Shown piece after piece: positions 1-10,045 of a stretch of DNA of 32,000 bases (positions are counted from its first letter, which is position 1; every line of letters begins with the position of its first letter). The notes beneath the pieces were generated by a model. That model saw only the letters and a list, made by a program, of their open reading frames with translations, searched no databases and was not told where the DNA came from. The position numbers and the translations under genes are program-made. Source of the stretch: Ureaplasma parvum serovar 3 str. ATCC 27815 (lineage in GTDB: Bacteria; Bacillota_I; Bacilli_A; Mycoplasmatales; Mycoplasmoidaceae); contig NC_010503.1 of the NCBI RefSeq assembly GCF_000019345.1, forward strand, positions 60,001-92,000. Direction: 5' to 3'.

Positions 1-731
1 AACATGATATGTTAAGACATGAGGAACGAAAGATTTTTAAGTTTTTAAATAAAATTAATGATCGTGTTTTATGGATTTATTTAACTGAAGAGCAAAAATA
101 TAGTACTGATTCATATTCGCGTTATGAACAAAAAATCTTAAAAACGATTAAATCAAATCGTGATGATTTTATTTTGATCGGTCAAGGAGCAATTGAATTT
201 GGTAAGAATCATAATTTAAATGTTCTGCAAACATTTAATGACTCAAATATTAAAAATTTAACTACACAATTAACTAAAATGATTATGATTTTATATACTT
301 TTGATAATTATAAAAAAGTTAATTTTGTTATTAATTCTAATAAAAACTATGATGGACACTTTACTATATTACCAATGAATGAATTTAGTTTTGATAAATT
401 TATTAATTTACAAAAATGCGATTCTAATATTATTGATTTTCAAAAAGTAAAAATTTATCCAAATTTAAATGAATTTATTAATGTCCAAATTAATGTTTTC
501 TTAGTTAATATTATTAATACTTTAATTACTGAATCATCTTTTTATAAAACAAAAAATGGACTAGTAGCTACTAATAATATCCTAAAAGAACTAGATGATA
601 ACCTTTCAAAAATTCAACGTAAAATTACACGTGTAAAGACAGAGTTGCAAATTGAAGAAATAAATTTATTAGCAAGACAAAATATGAATGAAGATGATAA
701 TGATAACGATGGTGGTGTTTATGAATCATAA
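1..731 (+). CDS. F1-like ATPase cluster protein, gamma-subunit-like (5' end probably outside the window)
   Basis: The frame is open to the window edge, with no stop upstream of the ATG at 9. The C-terminal helix LSKIQRKITRVKTELQIEEINLLARQ resembles the conserved C-terminal helix of F-type gamma subunits. An N-terminal gamma helix is not visible, which suggests the gene is truncated by the window. It overlaps the next gene by 11 nt and lies upstream of the alpha-like/beta-like pair. The similarity was judged by eye only. Confidence 0.5.
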   Translation, partial: HDMLRHEERKIFKFLNKINDRVLWIYLTEEQKYSTDSYSRYEQKILKTIKSNRDDFILIGQGAIEFGKNHNLNVLQTFNDSNIKNLTTQLTKMIMILYTFDNYKKVNFVINSNKNYDGHFTILPMNEFSFDKFINLQKCDSNIIDFQKVKIYPNLNEFINVQINVFLVNIINTLITESSFYKTKNGLVATNNILKELDDNLSKIQRKITRVKTELQIEEINLLARQNMNEDDNDNDGGVYES

Positions 732-1200
732 TTATAATATTCAAATTACATTACTTGAAAACAAAAAGTTTAATATTGATAATGGTTTATTATATGTAAA
801 TGTTAATGAAGAAAATACATGACAAAAAATTGAAAACAACACCGTTTTAGCCTATGAAATAATCTTATTAAAAATAGTTGATGATGATTATAAAAAAACT
901 TTTTATTTATTTCTAAAAAACACACATATTTCTGTTTTAAATAACATCGTTAAAATTCAAGCATTAAATGATTTACATTTCTTTATTAAAGATGGATTAA
1001 ACAAAAAAAATAATCATAAAAAAGAGTTGGTAGATAAATATAAAAATATTACTAATAATATTTTAGAACTTGAAGCTAAACAACAATTAGGATTAACTCT
1101 AAGTGAATTTTTAGATCTTGATAATCTAAAACAAGAACAATATATAACTAATATGCAAATTAGATTAAATTTAGTGGAGTATAAAAAAGATGAGAAATAA
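721..1200 (+). CDS. small cytoplasmic protein of the F1-like ATPase cluster (possible epsilon-like subunit)
   Basis: The ATG at 721 overlaps the end of the upstream gene. The 159 codons contain one in-frame TGA and no TAA or TAG until 1198. The ORF track missed this gene because of the TGA. The N-terminal half looks beta-rich and the C-terminal half helical, as in epsilon subunits, but this is weak. It overlaps the next gene by 11 nt. Confidence 0.5.
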
Positions 1201-3355
1201 ATTGAAAATAAAATTAAAATTTTTAGCTTCACTAGCAACAATACCAATTGTAGCTTCACCATTAATTTTTTCTGTTGCAGCTAATGAGGATGGTAAACAA
1301 GAAAACAATAATGGTAATAATCATGATCCTAATCAACAAAAAAAACCAAAAATTCCTAAAAACGATCCTAATTTTAATACTTTTAAAACTGATGCTGATA
1401 AAACTGTTAAAGATAGTTTAGAAAAAGGAATTAATGCTGCTATTGTTTATGTAAAATCACGTCAAGAAGAAATTTTAGAAAATAAAGAAATTGAGTTTAA
1501 GAAAAAAATTCAACAACTAATTTATTTAAAAAATCTGCAGTCATATCTTGAGAAAAATAAAGAAAACATCTTAAAAAATCCTAATGATTATGGTTTTTAT
1601 TTAAATACTCCTCAAATTTTAGGAACTCTTAAAAATTATGATATTAAAGATATTGAGTTTAATGGAGAAACATATAAGCAAATCAAAGTTGGCAAAACTG
1701 ATCCTTTAAATTATCAAAAAGCCGTTGCTCCAAAAGGAAAAATTAGTGATGTACAAAGTGATCAAATTAATGATGTTGAAGAAACAAAATACAAAGATAC
1801 GTTAAAAAAATATGAATCTGAATTTTTAAAAGAAATTAATAAATTAATTTATGATGAAAATGATGTTCCACAAATTAACAAAGATGTTGAGTTAACACGT
1901 GATGAAAAAGGACAATTTAATACAACTTTACCTAAAGGTTATAATGATTGAAACGCTTATTTTATTTCTAAAATAAAAGATCGTGTTACAGCATTTGATT
2001 TAAAACAAAATCAACAAACAAACGAAGATAAACAAGAAGAACAGCCAAATGAGCAAAAAGATCCCGATACACCACCACCATTACCACCACCATTAGTAGA
2101 AGGCGATCATAATGAAATAGATCTTCCCCCAACACAAGCTAATGCTATTATTTCTTCTTTACCACTATTATTACCTTATATTAGTCCTATATATTCAAAT
2201 GAATCATTAAGTGGATTAAAATCAAAATTTGATAGTTTAAAACCAGAGCTTAAACAAACATTATTTTATTTTAATAACCCAATTAACACACGTTATCTTT
2301 ATAGTGTATTAGATTTTGGCGTTAATGGTAGTAGTATGATTAATATTAAAGTTAAAATTATTGATCAAGTTAATCCTAAACTACAACGTACATATATTAT
2401 TAATAAATATGATCCAATTTTAGATATTAATTTTAATAGTCTAAAATTAAATGAAGTTAATGCTATTAAACAAATTTTTGTTAACTTGTATAAACATTTA
2501 GGACTAGATGAGAAAATTGATTATAAGAAATTACGTAACTTTTATATTAGAAATGCTTTATTTACAATGATTGAAGCTGCTCAAAAACTTATTTTGCGAT
2601 TCAATCAAATTGATAAAGATAATAAAATTATTGGTCAAAAAACTTTTGCAACATTACAAAATGAATATTTAGAAAAATACAAACAAAAACTTGTAAACAA
2701 CACCGATGATAAGGAAAGATTATTAAATGAGTTTAATAATTTAACAAAAGAAAATTTCTTTCGTTATTTAAATAACACTTTAATCAATAATGATTATTAT
2801 TGATATCAACTAGTTGGTGCTTATAAACAAGTTAGCTTACAGTTTAGTGAAGTTCTTCGATTAAATAAAGATAAAATTAAAGCTAATATTGCAAGTATTA
2901 AAGGTGATGAAAACACCATTGCAAATTTATATAAATTAAATAACCAATTAATTTATCAATTATCGGCGATTGTTGCACAACGTAGTTTTAATTCTCAACA
3001 ATGATATCAGTCATATTTAAATGTTTTACAACCGATTAAAGAAAATTTTGATTTAATGTCTATATTAACAAATCAAACCGATATTAAAACAAATAAGGAC
3101 AAAGCTAAGGATTTTAAAAATGCATATGATAGTGCTTTAAAATCTCTTGAAAGACAAAAACAAGTAAATAAACAAATTCGTCGTAAGATTGGAATTGCGT
3201 TTATAGTAATTAGCTTACTGGTTTTAATAATTAATTTAATTATTTATGGATTGATTAAAAAACTAAAAAATAAAAAAGTTATTCTAATTATTAATAGTGT
3301 GATAATGGTGTTGACAATCATTGTTTTAATAATGGGAATTATTCTAATAATTTAG
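1190..3355 (+). CDS. exported, membrane-anchored 721-aa protein of the F1-like ATPase cluster (candidate X0 / partner component)
   Basis: Track ORFs 1190..1951, 2336..2803 and 3056..3355 are all in frame 2. They are joined through in-frame TGA codons at 1949, 2801 and 3002, with no TAA or TAG. The N-terminal signal or anchor is MRNKLKIKLKFLASLATIPIVASPLIFSVAAN. A Pro-rich hinge reads DPDTPPPLPPPLVEGD. The C-terminal hairpin has two hydrophobic helices, IGIAFIVISLLVLIINLIIYGLI and VILIINSVIMVLTIIVLIMGIILII. Confidence 0.75.
2072..2095 (+). repeat. perfect tandem duplication of a 12-nt unit ccaccaccatta (encodes PPPL PPPL)
   Basis: The duplication is read directly from the sequence inside the 1190..3355 CDS. 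Confidence 0.9.
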
Positions 3356-3370
3356 AAAGGAAATAGAAAA

Positions 3371-4906
3371 ATGCAAAACACTAAGGCAAACCCTCGTATT
3401 AAATCGATTTTTAACTATATTGTAACTGTTAGTGGAATCTATGATTATCAACATCATCAAATATTTGTTTTAAAAAATGATCCAACAGTAAAATTATTTG
3501 TTATTTCAGCAAAAGAAGATCTTGCTTATTTATTAATTAGCAATGAACATGCTAATATTAATATCGGCGATGAAATCATTGAAACAAATCGTGAAGAAAA
3601 TGTTGTTACTGATTTAAATTATTTCGGGAAGATTATAGATATTAATAATAATTTTATTTGACCAAAACCACTTAATAATCTTCCATCAGCAAAAATTGCT
3701 CAAACTAATCCTGCATTTGGTTTAGCTCATAATTTAATGACAGTGAAAACTTTAAATGAGCAATTAAATACTGGAATTGTAGCAATTGATTTATTAATTC
3801 CGATTGGCAAAGGACAAAGGGAATTAATTATTGGTGATCGTCAAACTGGAAAAACGCATATTGCTTTAAATACTATTATTAATCAAAGCCGTGCTGGCAC
3901 AAAATGTATTTATGTAGCAATTGGTCAAAAACGCGAATCATTAACTACTGTTTATGAAACTTTAAAGGCTCATGACGCATTAAAAAACACAATTATTATC
4001 GATGCTCCTTTAACAGCATATGAACAATATTTAGCACCATATATTGGAATGGCTCATGCTGAAAACTTATCGTATCAAGATGATGTATTAATTGTATTTG
4101 ATGATCTAACAAAACACGCTAATATTATTCGTGAAATGGCTTTATTAACAAATAAACCAGTTGGTAAAGAAGCAATGCCTTCAGATGTATTCTTCTCACA
4201 TTCATCATTACTTGAACGTGCTGGTTCATTCAAAAATCGTAAAACAATTACTGCTTTGCCGATTTTACAAACAGTTGATGGGGATATTACTTCATTAATC
4301 TCTTCAAATATTATTTCTATTACTGATGGTCAAATTGTAACTTCAACTGATTTATTTGCTGCTGGTAAAGTTCCTGCTATTAATATTGATTTATCAGTTT
4401 CAAGAACAGGTTCAAGTGTACAATCAAGAATGATTACTAAAGTAGCAGGTGAAATTAATAAAATTTTTAGACAATACAAACGTCATTTAAAATTAGCAAT
4501 GTTAGATTATGAATTTAATAAAGAAACTAGCCTTTTATTGCATAAAGGTAAATTAATAGATAAAATGTTTTTACAAAAAGGTTTCTCTTTATTTTCATAC
4601 CGTTTTATTGTTTTAAGTACTAAGCTAATTGCCTGAGGCATTTTAAAAGGTGTTAAAGATGAACAAAAAGCATTTATGTTGTTAGATTATGCGATTAATA
4701 ATTATGAAGATGCTCAAAAAGCATTCAATACTATTTCAACAACTCAAAATTATGATGATAAAATTATGAAAAACTACTTTGCTTTCATCCTAAAACAATA
4801 CTCTGATTACTTAAATTTAAATTGAGAAGTTGAATTAGAACATAGTTTTATTCCTTTACAAAATGAGTTTTTAATGAATGTAGCAAAATTTTTAGGAGAT
4901 AAATAA
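3371..4906 (+). CDS. F1-like ATPase alpha-like subunit (AtpA-like)
   Basis: Track ORFs 3371..3661 and 3737..4636 plus the tail are all in frame 2. They are joined by TGA codons at 3659, 4634 and 4823, and the stop is TAA at 4904. The Walker A motif is GDRQTGKT. AIGQKRES, VFDDLTKHA and SDVFFSHSSLLERA match alpha-subunit signature blocks. The RBS-like aaagga lies about 10 nt upstream. Confidence 0.9.
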
Positions 4907-6270
4907 TGAATAACGGCCGAGTTATAAAAATCTGATCAGATATTGTCGAAATTGAATTTAAAAACAGCTTACCAGCTTTAAATCACTTATTAACAACTCA
5001 TGATGGCAATACTTTCTTATTAGTTAAAAGATTAGTTGATGCTACACATGCGAGAGCAATTGTTGTTTATGCATCAAAAGATTTAGCAATTAATGATATT
5101 GTTATTAATACAAACAAAAGTTTTATGGTCCCAGTTGGTAATGATTCAAAAAATAATATTTATAATTTTTGGGGACATCCTTTATTAGAAACTAATAAAA
5201 CACCTAAATATGTTGAAATGAATTCAACAATTTTAAACGAGCGATATGTTGATAAAAGTATAGAAATTGTAGAGACAGGAATTAAAGCAATTGATTTTTT
5301 TATGCCAATTCTAAAAGGATATAAATTAGGAATCTTTGGTGGTGCTGGAGTTGGTAAAACAGTTTTAATGAAAGAAATCATTTTTAACTTAAACAGACAT
5401 AAACAAGCAAATTCAAATATTTTTATTGGTTCAGGAGAGCGTTCACGTGAAGCAATTGAATTATATAATGAATTGACTGCTTCTAATTTAATGCCTAATT
5501 CAGTAATGTTTATTTCTAAGATGAATGAAGCTCCTGGTGCACGTACTTCAATTGTACCAATTGGAATTACTGCTGCTGAATATTTACGTGATCAAAACAA
5601 AGAAAATGTTTTATTGTTTATTGATAATATTTATCGTTTTATTCAAGCTGAAAATGAAGTTTCTACTGCATTAGGTAAAAAACCGTCTGTTGGAGGTTAT
5701 CAATCAACACTAGAAAGTGATGTTACACATATTCAAAATCGATTATTTAGAAATAAAAATGGATCAATTACCTCATTTCAAACAATTTTTTTGCCAATGG
5801 ATGATTTAAGTGATCCATCAGCTGTCGCTGTATTTAATCATTTAGATGGAAAATTAGTATTATCGCGAGCACAAGCTGCTAAAAATATTTTTCCAGCATT
5901 TGATCCATTAGCAAGCTCAACAAACGCTATTGATCCTAAAATTATTGGTGAACGTCATTATAATGCAATTATCGAAACTAAAAAAGTTTTAAAAGCTTAT
6001 AAAGATCTAGAAGATGTTATTTTAATTTTAGGTTTTGATGAACTAGATGCTGAAAGTAAAATTATTGTTAAAAAAGCTTTACAGCTAGAAATGTTCTTTA
6101 CACAAAACTTTTTTATGACTGAACATTTCACAAAAGCTCCTGGTCAGTTTGTTCCATTAAAAGAGACTGTTGAAAGTGTAATTCGTATTTTAGAAGGTAA
6201 ATATTTAAAACAAAGTCCAGATGTTTTTGCCTATATTGGTTCAAATAAGGATATTTCTCAAGATCATTAA
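4906..6270 (+). CDS. F1-like ATPase beta-like subunit (AtpD-like)
   Basis: The ATG at 4906 overlaps the alpha stop (TAATG). There is an in-frame TGA at 4933. The sequence continues into track ORF 5125..6270 in frame 1. The Walker A motif is GGAGVGKT. GSGERSREA, LLFIDNIYRF and the DELSEED-like GFDELDAES match catalytic beta-subunit blocks. Confidence 0.9.
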
Positions 6271-6296
6271 TAATTATTAATTTATATTAAATTTAA

Positions 6297-6330
6297 ACCT
6301 TGGTAACTATATTAATTACCGAGGTTTTTT
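6297..6330 (+). terminator. rho-independent terminator after the ATPase operon
   Basis: The 10-bp stem pairs accttggtaa with ttaccgaggt, including one G-U pair. The loop is 9 nt and a T6 run follows. Confidence 0.75.
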
Positions 6331-6351
6331 ATTAAAATGTTCACCATTAAT

Positions 6352-6396
6352 ATGTTTTGTTTAGTTTCAAAAGTGCAAAATAAAACATCTTTTTTT
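6352..6396 (+). terminator. second hairpin plus T-run (tandem terminator)
   Basis: The 11-bp stem pairs atgttttgttt with aaataaaacat, including one G-U pair. The loop is 15 nt and is followed by c plus a T7 run. Confidence 0.55.
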
Positions 6397-6517
6397 AAAA
6401 AAGTTTTCAAAAGCTAATTTTAGATATTTAAAAATATTATAAATATTTGTATAAATTTTTCATCATTTTTTCTTATAGCTTGTTAAGATTTTTATATATA
6501 ACTTGTCTATACAAATT

Positions 6518-6523
6518 AAGGAG
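6518..6523 (+). promoter_or_regulatory. Shine-Dalgarno AAGGAG for the nuclease lipoprotein gene
   Basis: AAGGAG lies 11 nt upstream of the GTG start at 6535. Confidence 0.6.
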
Positions 6524-6534
6524 TTTAAAATAAA

Positions 6535-9500
6535 GTGGTTTGTAAAAAAAATAAATTGAAAATGTTTGGTTTTATTGCTATTGGAACTGTTTTAACTAGT
6601 GCAATAATTCCTTTTTTAGTTACATGCGCAAAAGAGAAAAAAATAAAGCAAGAAGTTATAAAACCAAAACAAATAAGTAATTTAAATCTTGAAGCTAAAA
6701 ATATTGATATTGTTTTAAAAAATAATGTCTTCAATAAAGAAACAGCAAAATTTACATTGGATTTTGACATAAATAAAGAGTTAAATTTACAAATGGTTGC
6801 TGTTTTTGATGTTTTTGATAAAAAAAATAACTGATTAAAAACAATTAAAACAGCTAAAACAAATTTAGTGGATAAAAAATTTGTTTTTGACAGTTTAGAT
6901 GAGAATGTTAAATATCTACTAAAACAAATTGATTTTTACGATCCAAAAGCGCCTAATCAAATTATTTATACAAAAAACAATCAGACATTTAGTTTTGATA
7001 CTAAAATGGATGATAGCATCGCTAGAACTGTTGAACTAATTATTATTAGTGGGTTTAATGGTTTTGTTGATGAACAAATTGTTCCAGATTATAATAAACA
7101 AACTACATATTTAAAAGCACCCGGGTTAATTCGATTATTAAATGAAGTTAATAAAATTAAAAAAGAACGAGGTGCGAATAATGTTGCTGTAGTTATGGGT
7201 GGAAATAATTATTATGAAAATAATATATCTTCATTAACTAGAGCTCAATATACAACAGCCGCATTAAAGTTTTTAAATCCAGTAGCTACTAGCATCGCTA
7301 ATACTGATTTAAATTGGGGTTATGATTTAATTGACGAAAAAACAAAGCATTTTAAAGAATACGTCAAAGCTTTATATGGTAATGATGGTATTTTATCTGT
7401 TAACTCTTATCTAAAAGATGGTGATAAAAACATACAAATGACTAATAATTCAAAAATTATTAACTTTGGTGGTTTTAAATTAGGATTAATTGGAGCAATG
7501 AGTAATTTAATTAATTTTGAATCTAATCTTAATTTAACAAAAAATATTCAATGATTTAGTAATGAACAAACAGCTAATTTGATTAATGATGAGGCCGATA
7601 AGCTTAAGGATCAAGGTGTTAAAAATATTGTTTTATTATCAAGTTTTTTAGCAGATAAAGCAAAGGAAAATGACACTTTAACTAATGATGAAAAATCTTT
7701 TTATAAAGAAGCATCACGAATGAGTAAATTAATAGATAATAATGTCAATTTAATGAGTGTTATTAATCCTTATAAAGCACTTAATGTAATTGCTAATAAT
7801 AAAAATAATCAACCTTTGAATGTTGTTCAATCAAAACCTAATAGTGGTTTTGTACGATATATGATCACACTAAATCCTTATAACCGTATTTTAAAAACAG
7901 AAATTAAGCTTGTTGATAAACTGTCAACAAGCGGTGATAATGCAGGATATCATTATATAACTCAACAAGATTTATTAAATCCACAAAAAAATCCTGATTT
8001 CAATCAAAATTTGATTACATTAAATAATTTTCTTAATAATTATAAAGATCATGAATACGAGCAATTAAGAGAAAAAATACTGATTAAAAATGATAAAAAA
8101 GTCAATTTATATTCTTCAACATATTCACTTAGTTCCTTAGGAGCGTTTATAAGTGATATATTAGCAAAATACTATCAAGCTCCTTTTTATAATAAACAAA
8201 CACATACTTTTGAATTTAAACAAACACAAGCTATCCTATTAGCTCCTCATGCTATTCGTTCTTTGGTTTCTGCTAAACCTATTAAACTAGAAAATTTAAA
8301 TCAAATTTTACCTTTTAATGATACGTTAGTATCAGGTGAAATTAGTGTTAAAAATCTTAAAGAATTTTTAATTAACAAGAATAAATCTCAAAATTACAAC
8401 GAACCATATCAATTTAGTAATACGCTAAAAATTGAATATGAAAACTTACAAGAAACAAAAACAAAGAAAAAATCAAGAAAAAAACAATCAGAACAAAGTT
8501 ATAGTGATAATGAAAAAAAAGATGGTCTAATTTTAAGTCATCAAAAAAGAGTTATTAAAGTCTTTTTGAAAAATTCAGATGGTACGTATACAGAATTAAA
8601 TGATAATCAAAAAATTATAGTAAGTGTTATGAATTCGATCTTAAAATTTAATAAAAAATTTAGTGAGGCTCTTTTAAATAAAACATACGCTGACCAAACT
8701 AATATTCGTGATTTGCTAAGAACATACTTACCAAAAGAAACACAAATCGATCAAAAATATGATCAAAGTGTGTTTAGTAAAAATGATGCTCGTTTTTATA
8801 AAAAAAAAGAAACAGACCAAAATAAATCACTTATTTACAATCATATTAATGAAAGTATTAATAATAAACAAGCCGATCATTTAAGAATTGGGCACTGAAA
8901 TGTTCTACATCAGACTGGATTAAATGATCCTAAGAACTATGCTTTAGCTAAAACAATTTTATTTAATAAATACGATATTATTGGATTAACAGAAATTTGG
9001 CCTGCAGAAAATAACAATCAGGAACAAAACAATTTACCGTTGATAGGAATCATTAAGTATTTAAATCAGTTAAGTGGCTCAGATGATTATGATTTTTTAA
9101 TTAGTGATAATCTTAAAGGTAGTGAAAATGATAAATTAGCAACAAACGAACATACAAGTACTGAACGAATTGGGATAATTTATAATAAGAAAAAAGTTAA
9201 ACCTATTCCGTTTGCAAATAATAAAATCGGTTATATTTATTCAAATCCATTACAACCTGGCAAATATGAAAAAGCAGAAACTGATTATTCACGTCCACCA
9301 TTTGCTATTAAATTTGCTTCAATTGGTCAAATTAAAAATGATTTTACATTGGTTTTCGGTCATCTTGATAGTCCTGGAACTTATCCATCAAATACAGAAT
9401 ATCAAAAGAAAGAGCATCTACTAAAACGTACAGAATTAGTTAATAAAAAAGTAATTTCAACGAACCAAATGATTAATAAATATGAACAAGGAAGTCGTGA

Positions 9501-9951
9501 AGTGGACGATGCTGAACGATTAGTCAAAGTTATGGAAGAAATTAAAAAAATTGATAACAATAAGGATGATGATTATTTCTTTTTAGGTGATACTAATATT
9601 CGTTTACATAATCAACAATGAGTTTTTAGAACTTTAATTCAAAATGGTTATAGTAGTGTTTTTAGCGATAATGACTTATTTAAATCATCATTAAGTGTAA
9701 ATCCTGGTGAATTTTCAAACCCTTATGATAAAATTTTTTCTCAAGTTAATGGTTTAACTATTTCTAATCCAAGTATTTATAATTTATGAAATGTATATGA
9801 AGATCAAATTGTTGATCAAGAATGGTTAAAAAAAGTGCGTAGTTTATACCCTAATGAATATCATGATAAATTATTTTATATTCGTAACGATATTTCTGAT
9901 CATGCACCTACATTCTTTGATTTAGGTTTAAATAAAAACGACACTAAATAA
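6535..9951 (+). CDS. large surface lipoprotein: 5'-nucleotidase-like region fused to a C-terminal endonuclease/exonuclease/phosphatase (DNase I-like, MnuA-type) membrane nuclease domain
   Basis: Track ORFs 6535..6834, 6868..7554, 7579..8898 and 9040..9621 plus the tail are all in frame 1. They are joined by TGA codons at 6832, 7552, 8896, 9619 and 9787, and the stop is TAA at 9949. The lipoprotein signal is KKNKLKMFGFIAIGTVLTSAIIPFLVTC. The 5'-nucleotidase C-terminal-like block is LGAFISDILAKYY...AILLAPHAIRSL...LPFNDTLVSGEISVKNLKEFL. The EEP motifs are HWNV, IIGLTEI, FTLVFGHLDSPG, FFLGDTNI and ISDHAPTF. Confidence 0.85.
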
Positions 9952-9954
9952 GCA

Positions 9955-10003
9955 AAATGATAACCTCGTGTTCAAAAATTAAACTAGGGGTTATCATTTT
10001 GTT
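9955..10003 (+). terminator. rho-independent terminator after the nuclease gene
   Basis: The 11-bp perfect stem pairs aaatgataacc with ggttatcattt, and ttg follows. Confidence 0.7.
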
Positions 10004-10045
10004 AAATGTTATAATAATAGTTATTAATTATCAAGGAATAAAAAT

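Noticed and set aside
6337-6417. A 26-codon ORF (MFTINMFCLVSKVQNKTSFFKKVFKS) between the ATPase operon and the nuclease gene.
   Set aside because: It has no RBS, and it coincides with the second terminator hairpin, which explains the sequence better.
9212-9424. Plus-strand 70-aa ORF in an alternative frame inside the nuclease gene.
   Set aside because: It overlaps the EEP domain reading frame, which carries clear catalytic motifs. It has no RBS and no recognisable motif.
6535-9951. The large lipoprotein next to the F1-like ATPase was considered as a possible MIB or MIP (immunoglobulin binding/protease) homologue, since those often neighbour type 3 clusters.
   Set aside because: The recognisable blocks are 5'-nucleotidase-like and EEP nuclease motifs. 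I saw nothing resembling a serine-protease catalytic arrangement. Two terminators also separate it from the ATPase operon.
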